Shown here piece by piece: positions 38,615 through 48,036 of a DNA stretch of 64,000 bases (its first letter is position 1; the number at the start of each line of letters is the position of its first letter). Source of the DNA: an uncultured Acidobacteriota bacterium. Its GTDB lineage: Bacteria > Acidobacteriota > Terriglobia > Acidiferrales > UBA7541. The notes below the pieces were generated by a model. It was not told where the DNA came from and searched no databases. It worked only from the letters and a program-made list of their open reading frames with translations. The translations under genes were made by a program, and so were the position numbers. The DNA lies in the NCBI GenBank assembly GCA_963715795.1, contig OY970275.1:1067643-1131642 (forward strand). The letters run 5' to 3'.

Positions 38615-39444
38615 ATAGTGACGAGCGGCGGTTCGAGGATCAGAGCGAGGAAACCGAAGCCGAAGCAAATTCCGTTTTGGCCCGGGGCGAAGGAGGTGCT
38701 GAGTGCCGGGATGGCACCCCCCACCCGGGGTGTCCGCAAGTTATGAAGTAAGCGCATGAGGGGATTGGAGTTGCGGGTTTTCCTGCGTGTGCGCAGAAAT
38801 GCCGCTGTGGAAAAAGGGGGAAGTGCTTGGGAGGCGTTCGAGTTAGGCGCAGTTTGGGGTTGAAGGGAAGCGGACCCCTCGCGACGCTCGGGATTTCCGT
38901 TTGGTGGGCCCGAAAGGGTTGGGCGATGTGCGTTGAGGCGCGAGCTAAACATACGGCATGGTAGCAGGAAAACGGGCGGCTGTCTACTAGTTATTTAGAG
39001 TATCGAATGAGTATTCGAACGACAGGGGTGGATTCGAACGCGGCATGCGGAAGTAGCAGGGGAGGAAGAAGTTAGCGGAGGGGTAATTGGGGCGTTACGG
39101 CTGTGGAAACGTGTGGAAAAGCCGAAAGGCTAGTGTGAAAATCCACTTTGTGATAAGCGGACGGTGCGTAAGGAGGGTGAGGTAATCCCCGGTTCACTCA
39201 AACACGCGGAAATCAGCACACAGGATGACATTCTGGTATTCCAAAAGATTGGGTTCACGAGAGACAAGCAACTCGACAATGATTCGCTCGCTATTTTCCA
39301 AGGCGAGTCAGCCCGTTCCCGAAATGAAAACCTTCGCGTCGCGCCAGTTAAGTGACGGGTCCTGGTAAACGCCGAACCCGTCCAAGTGAAGTATTACTTC
39401 ACATCTCCGGTAACGCGAATCGGGAGTTGACCGATCTAATGTAG

Positions 39445-39813
39445 CTATTCAGCTTTGTCTAGTGCGAGCACAGCCGCCACGAATGGGCCGAACGTCCCCA
39501 AGTCTCTGAGAATTGCGTCGCTATCGGGTACTCCGACCCCGAACTCATCTTCAACGTCATCGAAAAACAGCAATCGATTTCCGTTCTTTGCCACAACAAA
39601 CAGGCGTTCAATCCCTAAGTCGGAACTCCGCCAACACCTCTGCTCGTAAGGTGTCGTGGCATATTTTTCGTAGGCTCTCGCCGCGTCTGGAGTCAATGCG
39701 GCGATTTCCTCTGCTAAGATGCGTTCAAACATTTCTTTACTGACCGGATTCCACGGCATCGTTGGCTGACCTCTCCAGTTGCATATTGTAAGCAACTCGC
39801 TGAAATCTTGCAT
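39445..39813 (-). CDS. Hypothetical small protein (orphan, in a lower-GC stretch)
   Basis: This 122-aa ORF has a probable start at MPWNPVS. I recognised no family. Any resemblance to small immunity-type proteins is speculative. Confidence 0.4.
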   Translation of the reverse strand: MQDFSELLTICNWRGQPTMPWNPVSKEMFERILAEEIAALTPDAARAYEKYATTPYEQRCWRSSDLGIERLFVVAKNGNRLLFFDDVEDEFGVGVPDSDAILRDLGTFGPFVAAVLALDKAE

Positions 39814-40001
39814 CTATGCCACATACCTGGTTAACGCAGTCACCGTTCATGTGAAACGGGCACGATCCACGATGTCCAATACCCCGGAAATCGGGAATGT
39901 GGATTTTAGTAGCGAAAAGCAGCGCCGGGTTTGTGGGATTAGGCTAACGTTGTTAGCCGACGGAAGGCCACGCGCGATCGGGGAAAGAATCCGTGTAACC
40001 A

Positions 40002-40025
40002 ATATAGATGCATATACATCTATAT
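40002..40025. promoter_or_regulatory. Candidate MarR operator palindrome (atatagatg-catata-catctatat)
   Basis: The 9-bp inverted arms were read directly. The palindrome ends 5 nt upstream of the marR-family ATG at 40030. Confidence 0.35.
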
Positions 40026-40029
40026 CGGC

Positions 40030-40479
40030 ATGAGCCAATCATTCATTCCGGAGTTGCCGTGCATGTGCGGAAGCTTTCGCAGGACTGCGCGGGCGCTTAC
40101 GCAGATGTATGAGGAGGCGCTGCGTCCGCTGGGGCTGAGGGCGACGCAGATGACGATTCTGCAAGTGTTGTCGCGCGCGGGAGAAGTGTCGCAGGGTCGC
40201 TTAGGCGAAATGCTGGCGATGGACAGCACCAGCCTTACGCGGACGCTGGCGATCATGAGGCGTGCGGGCTGGATTGTGGAGCAGCGGGGCGAGGACCGGC
40301 GCGAGCGGCGGATCAAACTGTCCGCGGAGGGGGTGGCGAAGCTCAAGCGGGCGATGCCCGTTTGGGAGAAGGTGCAAGCGCGGCTTCGAGGGAAGTTGGG
40401 AAAGCGGAGTTGGGAAAGTCTTTTGCAGTTCACGCATCACGTAACGGAAATCGTCAAGGCACAAGGAGGCTTGCCATGA
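40030..40479 (+). CDS. MarR family transcriptional regulator
   Basis: It has a winged-helix pattern (LRATQMTILQVLSRAGEVSQGRLGEMLAMDSTSLTRTLAIMRRAGWI....DRRER). Confidence 0.8.
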   Translation: MSQSFIPELPCMCGSFRRTARALTQMYEEALRPLGLRATQMTILQVLSRAGEVSQGRLGEMLAMDSTSLTRTLAIMRRAGWIVEQRGEDRRERRIKLSAEGVAKLKRAMPVWEKVQARLRGKLGKRSWESLLQFTHHVTEIVKAQGGLP

Positions 40480-41114
40480 GCAGATATGGAAAGATCGCTG
40501 CCGGGTTGATCGCGGTGTGGTTTGTAGCGGTTTTCTCGGCTTCGGCAATGCATTTATTCGAAAACCAAGCCAACCGGTTGGGACTCGGAGTTGCGGGCGC
40601 GGCGCTGGCGCCGATGATTGTGTTTTCGGTGTGGTTTGCGGCGTCGGAGGAATTTCGAAGGTTTGCATTTTCTTTAAACCCGAGAGTTCTGACTTCGGTG
40701 CAGGCGTGGAGGATTGTGGGGTTCACATTTGTTTTGTTGGAAGCGCGGAATGTGCTGCCAGCGATCTTCGCTTGGCCGGCGGGATATGGAGACATGTTCA
40801 TCGGAGCGACGGCGGGGTTCGCGGCATGGAAGCTTGCGGAGCCGGCGCATCGGGGAAGTTTTATTTTTTGGCAGGCGCTGGGGATACTGGACCTGGTTAC
40901 GGCGGTGAGCCTGGGCACGACGGCGGGCTTGCTGGACCCGCAGGGACCTTCCATGTCGGCGATGACGGTGTTGCCGTTGAGTTTGATTCCTACATTCCTT
41001 GTGCCGCTGTTTCTGATGCTGCACGTGATTTGCATCGCGCAGGCGCGGAAATGGAAGGTTGCGTCCGAGGCCCGGCGCCCGGCAGCGGGAGCGTTGCAAC
41101 ATCCGGCAGTGTGA
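40476..41114 (+). CDS. Hypothetical integral membrane protein (about 5 TM)
   Basis: Its ATGA start overlaps the marR-family stop, and several hydrophobic helices are present. I placed the start at MSRYGK (40476). Confidence 0.6.
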   Translation: MSRYGKIAAGLIAVWFVAVFSASAMHLFENQANRLGLGVAGAALAPMIVFSVWFAASEEFRRFAFSLNPRVLTSVQAWRIVGFTFVLLEARNVLPAIFAWPAGYGDMFIGATAGFAAWKLAEPAHRGSFIFWQALGILDLVTAVSLGTTAGLLDPQGPSMSAMTVLPLSLIPTFLVPLFLMLHVICIAQARKWKVASEARRPAAGALQHPAV

Positions 41115-41217
41115 GCGTTTCGGTTAGGAATCAAAGACACGAAAGGTCCGGCGGGGGTGGATTTCGAGGACGCCGTCTCAGGGTCAAGCGGCGGAAGTTG
41201 GCAGATAAGCCGAGGGG

Positions 41218-41427
41218 CTAGGCGAAGGCGAGTCGGCCGCGTGGAACGGGAATGGGGCGGCCGAGCTCTTTGGCGGTTTCGAGCCACTCCTGGATGATGA
41301 TTTCGACGTTGGCCAGGGCTTCTTTATGAGTTTTGCCGTCGGCGGCACAACCGGGAAGTTCAGGGACCTCGGCGATGAAGGATTCGTCAGCCTGGCTCCA
41401 GTAGATGCTGATCTCGTATTTAGACAT
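41218..41427 (-). CDS. HicB-family antitoxin-like protein (UPF0150), with no adjacent hicA
   Basis: The sequence is MSKYEISIYWSQADESFIAEVPELPGCAADGKTHKEALANVEIIIQEWLE. The RBS gggagg and a tataat box lie upstream. None of the three frames in the 150-nt upstream gap contains a toxin ORF. Confidence 0.7.
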   Translation of the reverse strand: MSKYEISIYWSQADESFIAEVPELPGCAADGKTHKEALANVEIIIQEWLETAKELGRPIPVPRGRLAFA

Positions 41428-41577
41428 CCGCTCCTCCCGGAAATTTGTAGCTCATTATAACTGTTATGCCCCGCCGCAAGGCGCACGGCGGCGCGATTCT
41501 AGTCACACCAACGGGCGAAGATGCTACACCCCCGCAGCTTCTTACGCGCAGACAGTTATTGGGAGACTCCGCGCGTG

Positions 41578-44049
41578 TCATTCGGCGCGGAGGGCCTCGA
41601 CGGGGTCGACGGTGGCGGCGCGGCGAGAAGGGAGATAGCTGGCGATGAAGGCGGTGACGACCAGGCCCACGGTGACGGCGGCGTAGGTGATGGGGTCGAT
41701 CGGGTTGACGTGGAAAAGGAGCGAGGACATCAGGCGCATGATGATGACAGACGCGATGAGGCCGCAAGCGGCACCGATGCCGGTGAGGATCAGGCCGTAG
41801 CGGACGAACATGTTTGTGACGACGCTCTGCTGCGCGCCGAGGGCCATGCGAATGCCGATTTCGCGGACGCGCTGCGAGACTGAGCAGGCGATGACCCCGT
41901 AGATGCCAACTACGCCGAGAAGCAAAGCCATGCCGCCGGCGACGGCGAGCATGATCAGAGTGAAAGAAGTGCGGGCCATGGAGTGGGTGTAGAAAAAGCC
42001 GAGAGTGTGGACGTCGGCGAGGGGCAAGTTCGGATTCACAGACCATACGGTCTCGCGAATTTCTTTCAGGAAAGCTTCCGAGCCGGCGCGCGGGCTGCGA
42101 ACCATAAAGCCCACGTAGCGATTCACATCGGACTTGCTGCCTTCGAAATTGATTCTTTCAATGGGCCAATAGACCACCGTAGGCGGTTTCTGCGTAACGC
42201 CATCGCTGTACGTGTTGGCGACAACGCCGACGATTTGGCGCCAATCGTCGGTGGAAGCGACGCGAATGCGCTTGCCGAGAGCGTTTTGCGGCGAGTTCCA
42301 ATATTCTTTGGCGAAATTTTCGGAGATGACGGCGACGGGAAGGTGCTCGTAGATGTCGGTCCAGGTGATGTCGCGTCCGGCAATCAGGGGCGTGCCCAGA
42401 GTGGAAAAAGAGCCGGGAGTGACGTCAACGAAGCGGCGGATCGGAGGGATCTCACCTTCGCGATAGGTGCGATCCTCGGCGTAAAGAAGATCGTTGCTGG
42501 AGCTTCCGCCCATGGGAACGGCCGTGGTGATGCTGGCGGAAGAGACGCCAGGGAGAGCGGAGATTTTCCGGAGCATTTCCTGATATGTGCGGACGACCTG
42601 CTCGTCGTCCTTGACTTGCGATTCGGGAACGAAAATGTGGAACGTCTGGACTTGATCGGGCTGGCGGAAACCGGGATCGACATGGGTGATGGCTTGGAAG
42701 GTGCGGATCATCAGGCCGGAGCAGATGAGGAGCACGAGAGCGAGCGCGACTTGCACGACGACGAGAACGCTGCGAGCGCGATGCTGCTCGCGGCTTTGGC
42801 TATTGGCGCGGCCGCCCTGGCGGATGCCGGTGCTGAGGCGGACGCCTGCGTATTTGAAGATGGGAATGGAGCCGAAAAGAATGCTGGCGAGGATGGCGAT
42901 GGCGAAGGTGAAGAGGAGGACGGTGCCGTCGATGCCGATCTCGTTGATGCGCGGGATGCCGGAGGGAGCGATGGCGACGAGCGCACGCAAGCCGGCGAAA
43001 GCAAGCCCAAGGCCGATGGCGCTGCCGAGCAGACCGAGAATGATGCTTTCGAGGAAAAGTTCACCGGCGATGCGATAGGGGCTGGCGCCGAGTGCGGAGC
43101 GGACGGCGAGTTCCTGGCTGCGGCCCTCGATGCGGACGAGGAGAAGGTTGGCGACGTTGGCGCAGGCGATGAGCAGGACCATGCCAATCGAGGCCATGAG
43201 AACCCAAAGAGTGCTGCCGACATCGCCGACAACATCTTGCTTGAGCGGGCGGAGGTTGGGAGCGATCTTGGCGTCTTCAAAAATTTTTGCGCTGAAGCCG
43301 GGAGGCGGAGGGAAGGAACGGGCAACGATGGGCGTCATGCGGGCGATGTCGGAATCCGCTTGCTGGAGAGTGACGCCGGGCTTTAGGCGGGCGAGACCTT
43401 CGTAGCTGAAATTGCCCAGGAACATTTTGTCGCGGTTCCATTTAAAGGGAAGGAAGAGAGAAGATTCGCGCCAATCGAGAAAATGAAAGCGCGCGGGCAA
43501 GACGCCGATGATCTCGCGAGGCTTGCCATCGATGTTGAGAGATTGGCCCAAGACGGAAGGAGAAGCGCCGAAGCGCTTTTGCCAGTAGCCGTAGCTTAGG
43601 ATGACGGTGTCGGGCGAGCCGGGAGAATCGTCCTGACGGGTGAAGAGGCGGCCGAGAACGGGGGAAACGCCGAGAAGAGGGAGAGTGCCATCGGAGACGT
43701 CGAGAGCGTCGACCTGTTCGGGTTCGGCGCGACCGGTAACGCTAACGGAATCGCCGTTGTAGACGCCGAGATCTTGAAAGGAGTGGTTCTGCTCGCGATA
43801 GATGAAGTAGTTGGAGGGGGCGAGGTTGAGATTCGGGATGTTGACGCCGGGGGCGGCGAGCCAGACGCCGACGAGCTTGTCAGGGTGAGGATAGGGAAGA
43901 GGCTTGAGGAGGACGCTTTCAAGGACGCTAAAGACGATGGTGTTGCCGCCAACGCCTGCGGCAAGGGTGATGAGCGTGATGGCGGTGAATAGGGGGGCGC
44001 GGGCGAGACGGCGAAAGACTTGCTTTAAGTGCGCCAGGAAGGTTCGCAT
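41578..44049 (-). CDS. ADOP-family duplicated FtsX/MacB-like ABC transporter permease
   Basis: The 823-aa protein has an N-terminus (LARAPLFTAITLITLAAGVGGNTIVFSVLESVLLKPLPYPHPDKLV) typical of acidobacterial duplicated orphan permeases, and two FtsX-type 4-TM modules. No ABC ATPase gene is adjacent. Confidence 0.8.
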   Translation of the reverse strand: MRTFLAHLKQVFRRLARAPLFTAITLITLAAGVGGNTIVFSVLESVLLKPLPYPHPDKLVGVWLAAPGVNIPNLNLAPSNYFIYREQNHSFQDLGVYNGDSVSVTGRAEPEQVDALDVSDGTLPLLGVSPVLGRLFTRQDDSPGSPDTVILSYGYWQKRFGASPSVLGQSLNIDGKPREIIGVLPARFHFLDWRESSLFLPFKWNRDKMFLGNFSYEGLARLKPGVTLQQADSDIARMTPIVARSFPPPPGFSAKIFEDAKIAPNLRPLKQDVVGDVGSTLWVLMASIGMVLLIACANVANLLLVRIEGRSQELAVRSALGASPYRIAGELFLESIILGLLGSAIGLGLAFAGLRALVAIAPSGIPRINEIGIDGTVLLFTFAIAILASILFGSIPIFKYAGVRLSTGIRQGGRANSQSREQHRARSVLVVVQVALALVLLICSGLMIRTFQAITHVDPGFRQPDQVQTFHIFVPESQVKDDEQVVRTYQEMLRKISALPGVSSASITTAVPMGGSSSNDLLYAEDRTYREGEIPPIRRFVDVTPGSFSTLGTPLIAGRDITWTDIYEHLPVAVISENFAKEYWNSPQNALGKRIRVASTDDWRQIVGVVANTYSDGVTQKPPTVVYWPIERINFEGSKSDVNRYVGFMVRSPRAGSEAFLKEIRETVWSVNPNLPLADVHTLGFFYTHSMARTSFTLIMLAVAGGMALLLGVVGIYGVIACSVSQRVREIGIRMALGAQQSVVTNMFVRYGLILTGIGAACGLIASVIIMRLMSSLLFHVNPIDPITYAAVTVGLVVTAFIASYLPSRRAATVDPVEALRAE

Positions 44050-44294
44050 TGTGGACGCCTCGCGAAGACGCTGCCTTTGGGACAGTCGAGTGATGGGCAG
44101 AGCCTATATCAATAGAGACGAAGGAAGCCGGCAAATGTTCCACAAATGTTTGGGTGGGGGCAGAAACGAAGAGGTGCGTTTGCCGGTGGCCTAAGGAGGC
44201 AGAATGTCCGGCGCTTCGCGTCGCCGGGGCCGAACGTGCTAGAGTTTCGCGTGAAGCGGAGCGTTGGGCGCGAAGGGCAAGGCGGGAGGCAAAA

Positions 44295-45767
44295 TTGGCG
44301 TATCGGGATTTGCGGGAGTTTGTCCAGAAACTGGAGAAGGAAGGGGAGCTGCGGAGGATTCGCGCGGAAGTAGACCCCGTTCTGGAAATAACGGAAGTCA
44401 CGCAACGGGTGGCGCGCGACAAGGACCGGCTGCCGGATAGCGTGGGGCCGGCGCTGCTGTTTGAGAGGCCGAAGGGATCGCGAGTGCCGCTGCTCGTGAA
44501 TACGTTCGGCAGCGTGCGGCGGATGGCTTTGGCGTTCGAGGTGACGGCGCTGGAGGAAGTGGCGGAGCGAATTCGCGGATTTTTGAAAATGGAGACCCCG
44601 CAGGGACTTTTCGACAAGATGAAAATGTTGCCGAAGCTGGCGGAGCTGGGGGCGGTGTTTCCGAAGAGCGTGAAGACAGGGCCTTGCAAGGAAGTGATGC
44701 ATCACGGGAAAGGTGTGAACCTTCTGGATTTTCCGATTTTGAAATGCTGGCCGCAAGATGGCGGACGATTTATCACGTTCCCGCTGGTATTTACGAAAAA
44801 TCCGGAGACGGGGAAGCGGAACGTGGGGATGTACCGCATGCAAATTTATGACGAGCGGACCACGGGGATGCACTGGCAGACGCAGAAGCACGGGGCGGAG
44901 CATTTTCGCCGCGCACGGGCGAAAAGCCCGGAAGGGCGAATTCCCGTGAGCGTGGCGATTGGCGCGGATCCAGCGACGGCGCTGGCGGGGATGCTACCGA
45001 TTCCGCCGGATCTGGATGAAATGATGTTTGCGGGATTCTTGCGTCGCGAACCGGTGGAGATGGTGGCGTGCGAGACCAATGATCTCGAGGTGCCGGCGAA
45101 CGCGGAGATTGTGCTGGAAGGCTATGTGAATTTGAACGAGATGCGCACGGAAGGCCCGTTCGGGGATCACACAGGATTTTACTCCCTGGAAGGGGAGTAT
45201 CCGGTTTTTCATGTGGAGTGCGTGACGCACCGCAAAGAGTCGATCTATTTAACAACGGTGGTGGGTCCGCCGCCGCAGGAAGACTATTACATGGGCTATG
45301 CCGTGGAACGCGTGTTTCTGCCGGTGATGAAGATGCAGTATCCGGAGATCGTGGATGTGGCGATGCCCGCGGAAGGAATTTTTCACAATTTGATGATTGT
45401 GGCGATTCGCAAGTCGTATCCGGGGCACGCGCGGAAAATCATGAACGCGATTTGGTCGCTGGGGCAGGCGATGTTCACGAAGGTGATCGTGGTGGTGGAT
45501 CACAACGTGGACGTGCACAACTACCGGGAAGTGGTGTGGAAAACGCTGTGCGCGCTGGACCCGGAGCGCGATGTGCAGTTTTCGCTGGGGCCGGTGGACA
45601 CGCTGGATCATGCGCAGCGCATGCAGGATTACGGCTCGAAAATGGGAATTGACGCGACGAGAAAATGGGCGACGGAAGGATTCACGCGGCCGTGGCCGGA
45701 TGAGATTGTGATGGATGAAGGAACAAAGGCGAGAGTCGCCGGGCTCTGGAAAACGCTGCAAAAGTGA
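44295..45767 (+). CDS. UbiD family decarboxylase
   Basis: The N-terminus reads AYRDLREFVQKLEKEGELRRI, with a UbiD-like core (GMYRMQ, GPFGDHTGFYS). I chose the TTG start at 44295, which follows gggagg. Confidence 0.85.
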   Translation: MAYRDLREFVQKLEKEGELRRIRAEVDPVLEITEVTQRVARDKDRLPDSVGPALLFERPKGSRVPLLVNTFGSVRRMALAFEVTALEEVAERIRGFLKMETPQGLFDKMKMLPKLAELGAVFPKSVKTGPCKEVMHHGKGVNLLDFPILKCWPQDGGRFITFPLVFTKNPETGKRNVGMYRMQIYDERTTGMHWQTQKHGAEHFRRARAKSPEGRIPVSVAIGADPATALAGMLPIPPDLDEMMFAGFLRREPVEMVACETNDLEVPANAEIVLEGYVNLNEMRTEGPFGDHTGFYSLEGEYPVFHVECVTHRKESIYLTTVVGPPPQEDYYMGYAVERVFLPVMKMQYPEIVDVAMPAEGIFHNLMIVAIRKSYPGHARKIMNAIWSLGQAMFTKVIVVVDHNVDVHNYREVVWKTLCALDPERDVQFSLGPVDTLDHAQRMQDYGSKMGIDATRKWATEGFTRPWPDEIVMDEGTKARVAGLWKTLQK

Positions 45768-46111
45768 AAAAGGAAAAGCGGAAGCAGGAGTTTGACCGCA
45801 AAGGATAACCGTCCCGCGGGACAGGTCGAAGCGGCGCAAAAATACAACTAATTGTGGTCCTGGGCCTACGTAAACCCAATTTATAGTATCCCATGCCAAT
45901 AATACCCTAGAACTGCCTAAGAATAGGGGTAGTTTTAAGGCAACTCCGGTAGAGAATCCCTTGACGCTCTGAGCTTTTCAATGGGATAAACCTTGCACGG
46001 GCCGCACCTCGAAAAATTAGCAGCGCTAGCAGGGGTGCCCTTGGCAGTGGTGGATGTGGCGTGCGTTCGGGCGCCGGGGTGACGTTCCTCGTGATTGAAT
46101 CGCGTGAAGTG

Positions 46112-46288
46112 ATGAATGTACGGCAAGCGTCACAATATCTGGGGATCTCCCCGGATACCCTGTACCGTTACATCACCGAAGGCGAAATTCCCGCGTTCAA
46201 ACTCGGTAATCGATGGAAACTGCGTAAGACGATTCTGGACCGCTGGATGGAACGCAAGATGAGCCAAGCGCATGCGAGGCGCCGATAG
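46112..46288 (+). CDS. Helix-turn-helix DNA-binding protein (excisionase/MerR-superfamily type)
   Basis: The sequence MNVRQASQYLGISPDTLYRYITEGEIPAFKLGNRWKLRKTILDRWM is a classic excisionase-family HTH. Confidence 0.7.
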   Translation: MNVRQASQYLGISPDTLYRYITEGEIPAFKLGNRWKLRKTILDRWMERKMSQAHARRR

Positions 46289-46321
46289 TTTGCCGAGAGT
46301 GATGTCGAAAGAGGCCGAGAC

Positions 46322-47371
46322 ATGTTGGGAATGGGCAAAAAATCAAGACAGCTAGTAGGGCTGGACATCGGCTCAAGCTCGATCAAGGCCGTGGAGCTGA
46401 AATCCACGAAAGCCGGCTACGAGCTCGTCAGCTTTGGCATGGAATCGCTGGCACAGGACACGGTAGTGGACGGCGCGATCATGGATGCGCCGCAAGTGGC
46501 CAACGCCATCAGCAAGATATTCGATGCACAGCGCGTGAAGACCAAGAATGTGGCGACGTCAGTTTCTGGACATTCGGTGATCGTCAAGCGCGTGCCGTTG
46601 CCGCTGATGACGGAAGAAGAGCTGTACGACAGGATTCCTTCCGAAGCCAGCCAGCACATTCCCTTCGATATTGCGGACGTGAACCTCAGCTACCAGTTGT
46701 TGGAATCGATGGACGCGCAGATGGACGTTCTTCTGGTGGCGGTTAAGAAGGACAAGATTCTGAACCATACGAACGTGCTGGCGCAGGCAGGGAAGACGCC
46801 GGTGATCGTGGACATCGATGCGTTCGGTTTGCAGAACTGCTTCGAGGTGAACTACGAGCCGGATGCCGGGCAGACGGTGGCGCTGCTGAATATCGGCGCC
46901 AGCGTGATGAACATTAATATTGTCCGCGGCGGAGTACCGCTGTTTACGCGCGACGTCAGCGTGGGCGGAAACCAGTATACGGACGCGCTTCAGAAAGAAT
47001 TGGACTTGAGCTTCGAGGATGCGGAGCGCTTAAAGAAAGGCGACACCCTGCCTAGCGTCACGGATGAACAGAAGCAGCAGATTCTGCGAAGCGTCTCAGA
47101 CATCCTGACCCTCGAAATTCAAAAGACCTTCGACTTCTTCCGGGCGACAGCCAGCGGGGAGAACATCCAGCGGATCGTCGTGGCAGGCGGCACGGCGCGC
47201 GTTCCCGGGCTGGTGGATCTGCTCCGGGAAGAATTCGCCATGCCTGTCGAAGAACTGAATCCCTTCCGGAAAGTGCTCATCAATCCCAGCCGGCACAGTG
47301 ACGACCAGATTCGCGAGATGTCTCCGCGGCTGGCCATCGCCGTGGGTCTGGCGCTGAGGAGCTTTGACTAA
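46322..47371 (+). CDS. pilM: Type IV pilus assembly protein PilM
   Basis: It has an actin-like ATPase fold signature (VGLDIGSSSIKAVEL; VDIDAFGLQN) and is the first gene of the pilMNOPQ order. Confidence 0.9.
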   Translation: MLGMGKKSRQLVGLDIGSSSIKAVELKSTKAGYELVSFGMESLAQDTVVDGAIMDAPQVANAISKIFDAQRVKTKNVATSVSGHSVIVKRVPLPLMTEEELYDRIPSEASQHIPFDIADVNLSYQLLESMDAQMDVLLVAVKKDKILNHTNVLAQAGKTPVIVDIDAFGLQNCFEVNYEPDAGQTVALLNIGASVMNINIVRGGVPLFTRDVSVGGNQYTDALQKELDLSFEDAERLKKGDTLPSVTDEQKQQILRSVSDILTLEIQKTFDFFRATASGENIQRIVVAGGTARVPGLVDLLREEFAMPVEELNPFRKVLINPSRHSDDQIREMSPRLAIAVGLALRSFD

Positions 47372-47373
47372 CC

Positions 47374-48027
47374 ATGATCCGCATAAACCTTCTCGGACAA
47401 ATACGGCCCAAGGCCTCGCGCCGGCCAGTCGATACGGGTGCAGCGCTTCCCGCGCTATTCATTGGCGCCGGGCTCGTTTTGGGCGTTCTGGTGCTCGGTT
47501 TTCTCTACTACTCCTGGCAGAGTCAGTTGAGCACGGAAAATAGCCGGATCAAAGTATTGCAAGCGCAAAAGACGGATCTGGAAAGCATCAAGCTGCAGGT
47601 CGAGGCCTTCGACAGAGAGAAGGCAGTGCTGCAGCAGAGAGTCTCGACAATCGAACAATTGCAGCGCGACCGCACCGGCGGCCAAGACCTTCTCGACATG
47701 GTCGCGAATACCGTCGCGCGTACCGAAAATCTCTGGCTGACCACCATGACCCGCAAGGGGAGCACGCTTTCGATCGAGGGTTCATCGGCCTCCATCAATG
47801 CGGTAGCCAACTTCATTACCGCGCTAAAGCGTTCGGGATACTTCCAAAAAGTAGAAATCAAGGACACCAAGCAGGACAGCAAGAATACGTCGGTGCAAAC
47901 ATTCAACTTCGAGCTGACCGCTGAAATCACACCGCCGCAGCCCGCGGGGGCAACTCCCGTCCAGGCGATGCCGGCGAGCGCCCCGGCGAAAACCGGACGA
48001 TCTTCCGCAACCGTGAAGAAAGGGTAA
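47374..48027 (+). CDS. pilN: Type IV pilus assembly protein PilN
   Basis: It starts MIRINLL, has a single TM helix and a coiled coil, and sits in the expected position in the operon. Confidence 0.8.
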   Translation: MIRINLLGQIRPKASRRPVDTGAALPALFIGAGLVLGVLVLGFLYYSWQSQLSTENSRIKVLQAQKTDLESIKLQVEAFDREKAVLQQRVSTIEQLQRDRTGGQDLLDMVANTVARTENLWLTTMTRKGSTLSIEGSSASINAVANFITALKRSGYFQKVEIKDTKQDSKNTSVQTFNFELTAEITPPQPAGATPVQAMPASAPAKTGRSSATVKKG

Positions 48028-48036
48028 GGAAGCAAC

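Noticed and set aside
38452-38952. ORFs 38452..38952(-) and 2606..3019(-) as protein-coding genes.
   Set aside because: Their sequences are built from the tandem TTTGTAAGTG..ATTCTAAAGGG modules (PFRMRTY, PFRIRTY, PFRMNTY) and REP-like palindromes (GQHAAPP). They have no start context and are better explained as repeat-filled intergenic DNA.
39005-39050. A tRNA or tRNA-3'-end (att-like) fragment suggested by GTTCGAATCC on the minus strand.
   Set aside because: The bases 5' of the TTCGAAT loop cannot pair with the putative T-stem 3' half, and there is no acceptor stem or CCA context. A second TTCGAAT lies 15 nt away, so it fits the TTCGAA-rich repeat family rather than a tRNA remnant.
39164-39355. 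The 63-aa ORF in the lower-GC gap as a gene.
   Set aside because: The opposite strand is open over the same interval. I recognised no family and found no convincing RBS/start pairing. I treated it as unresolved rather than annotating it.
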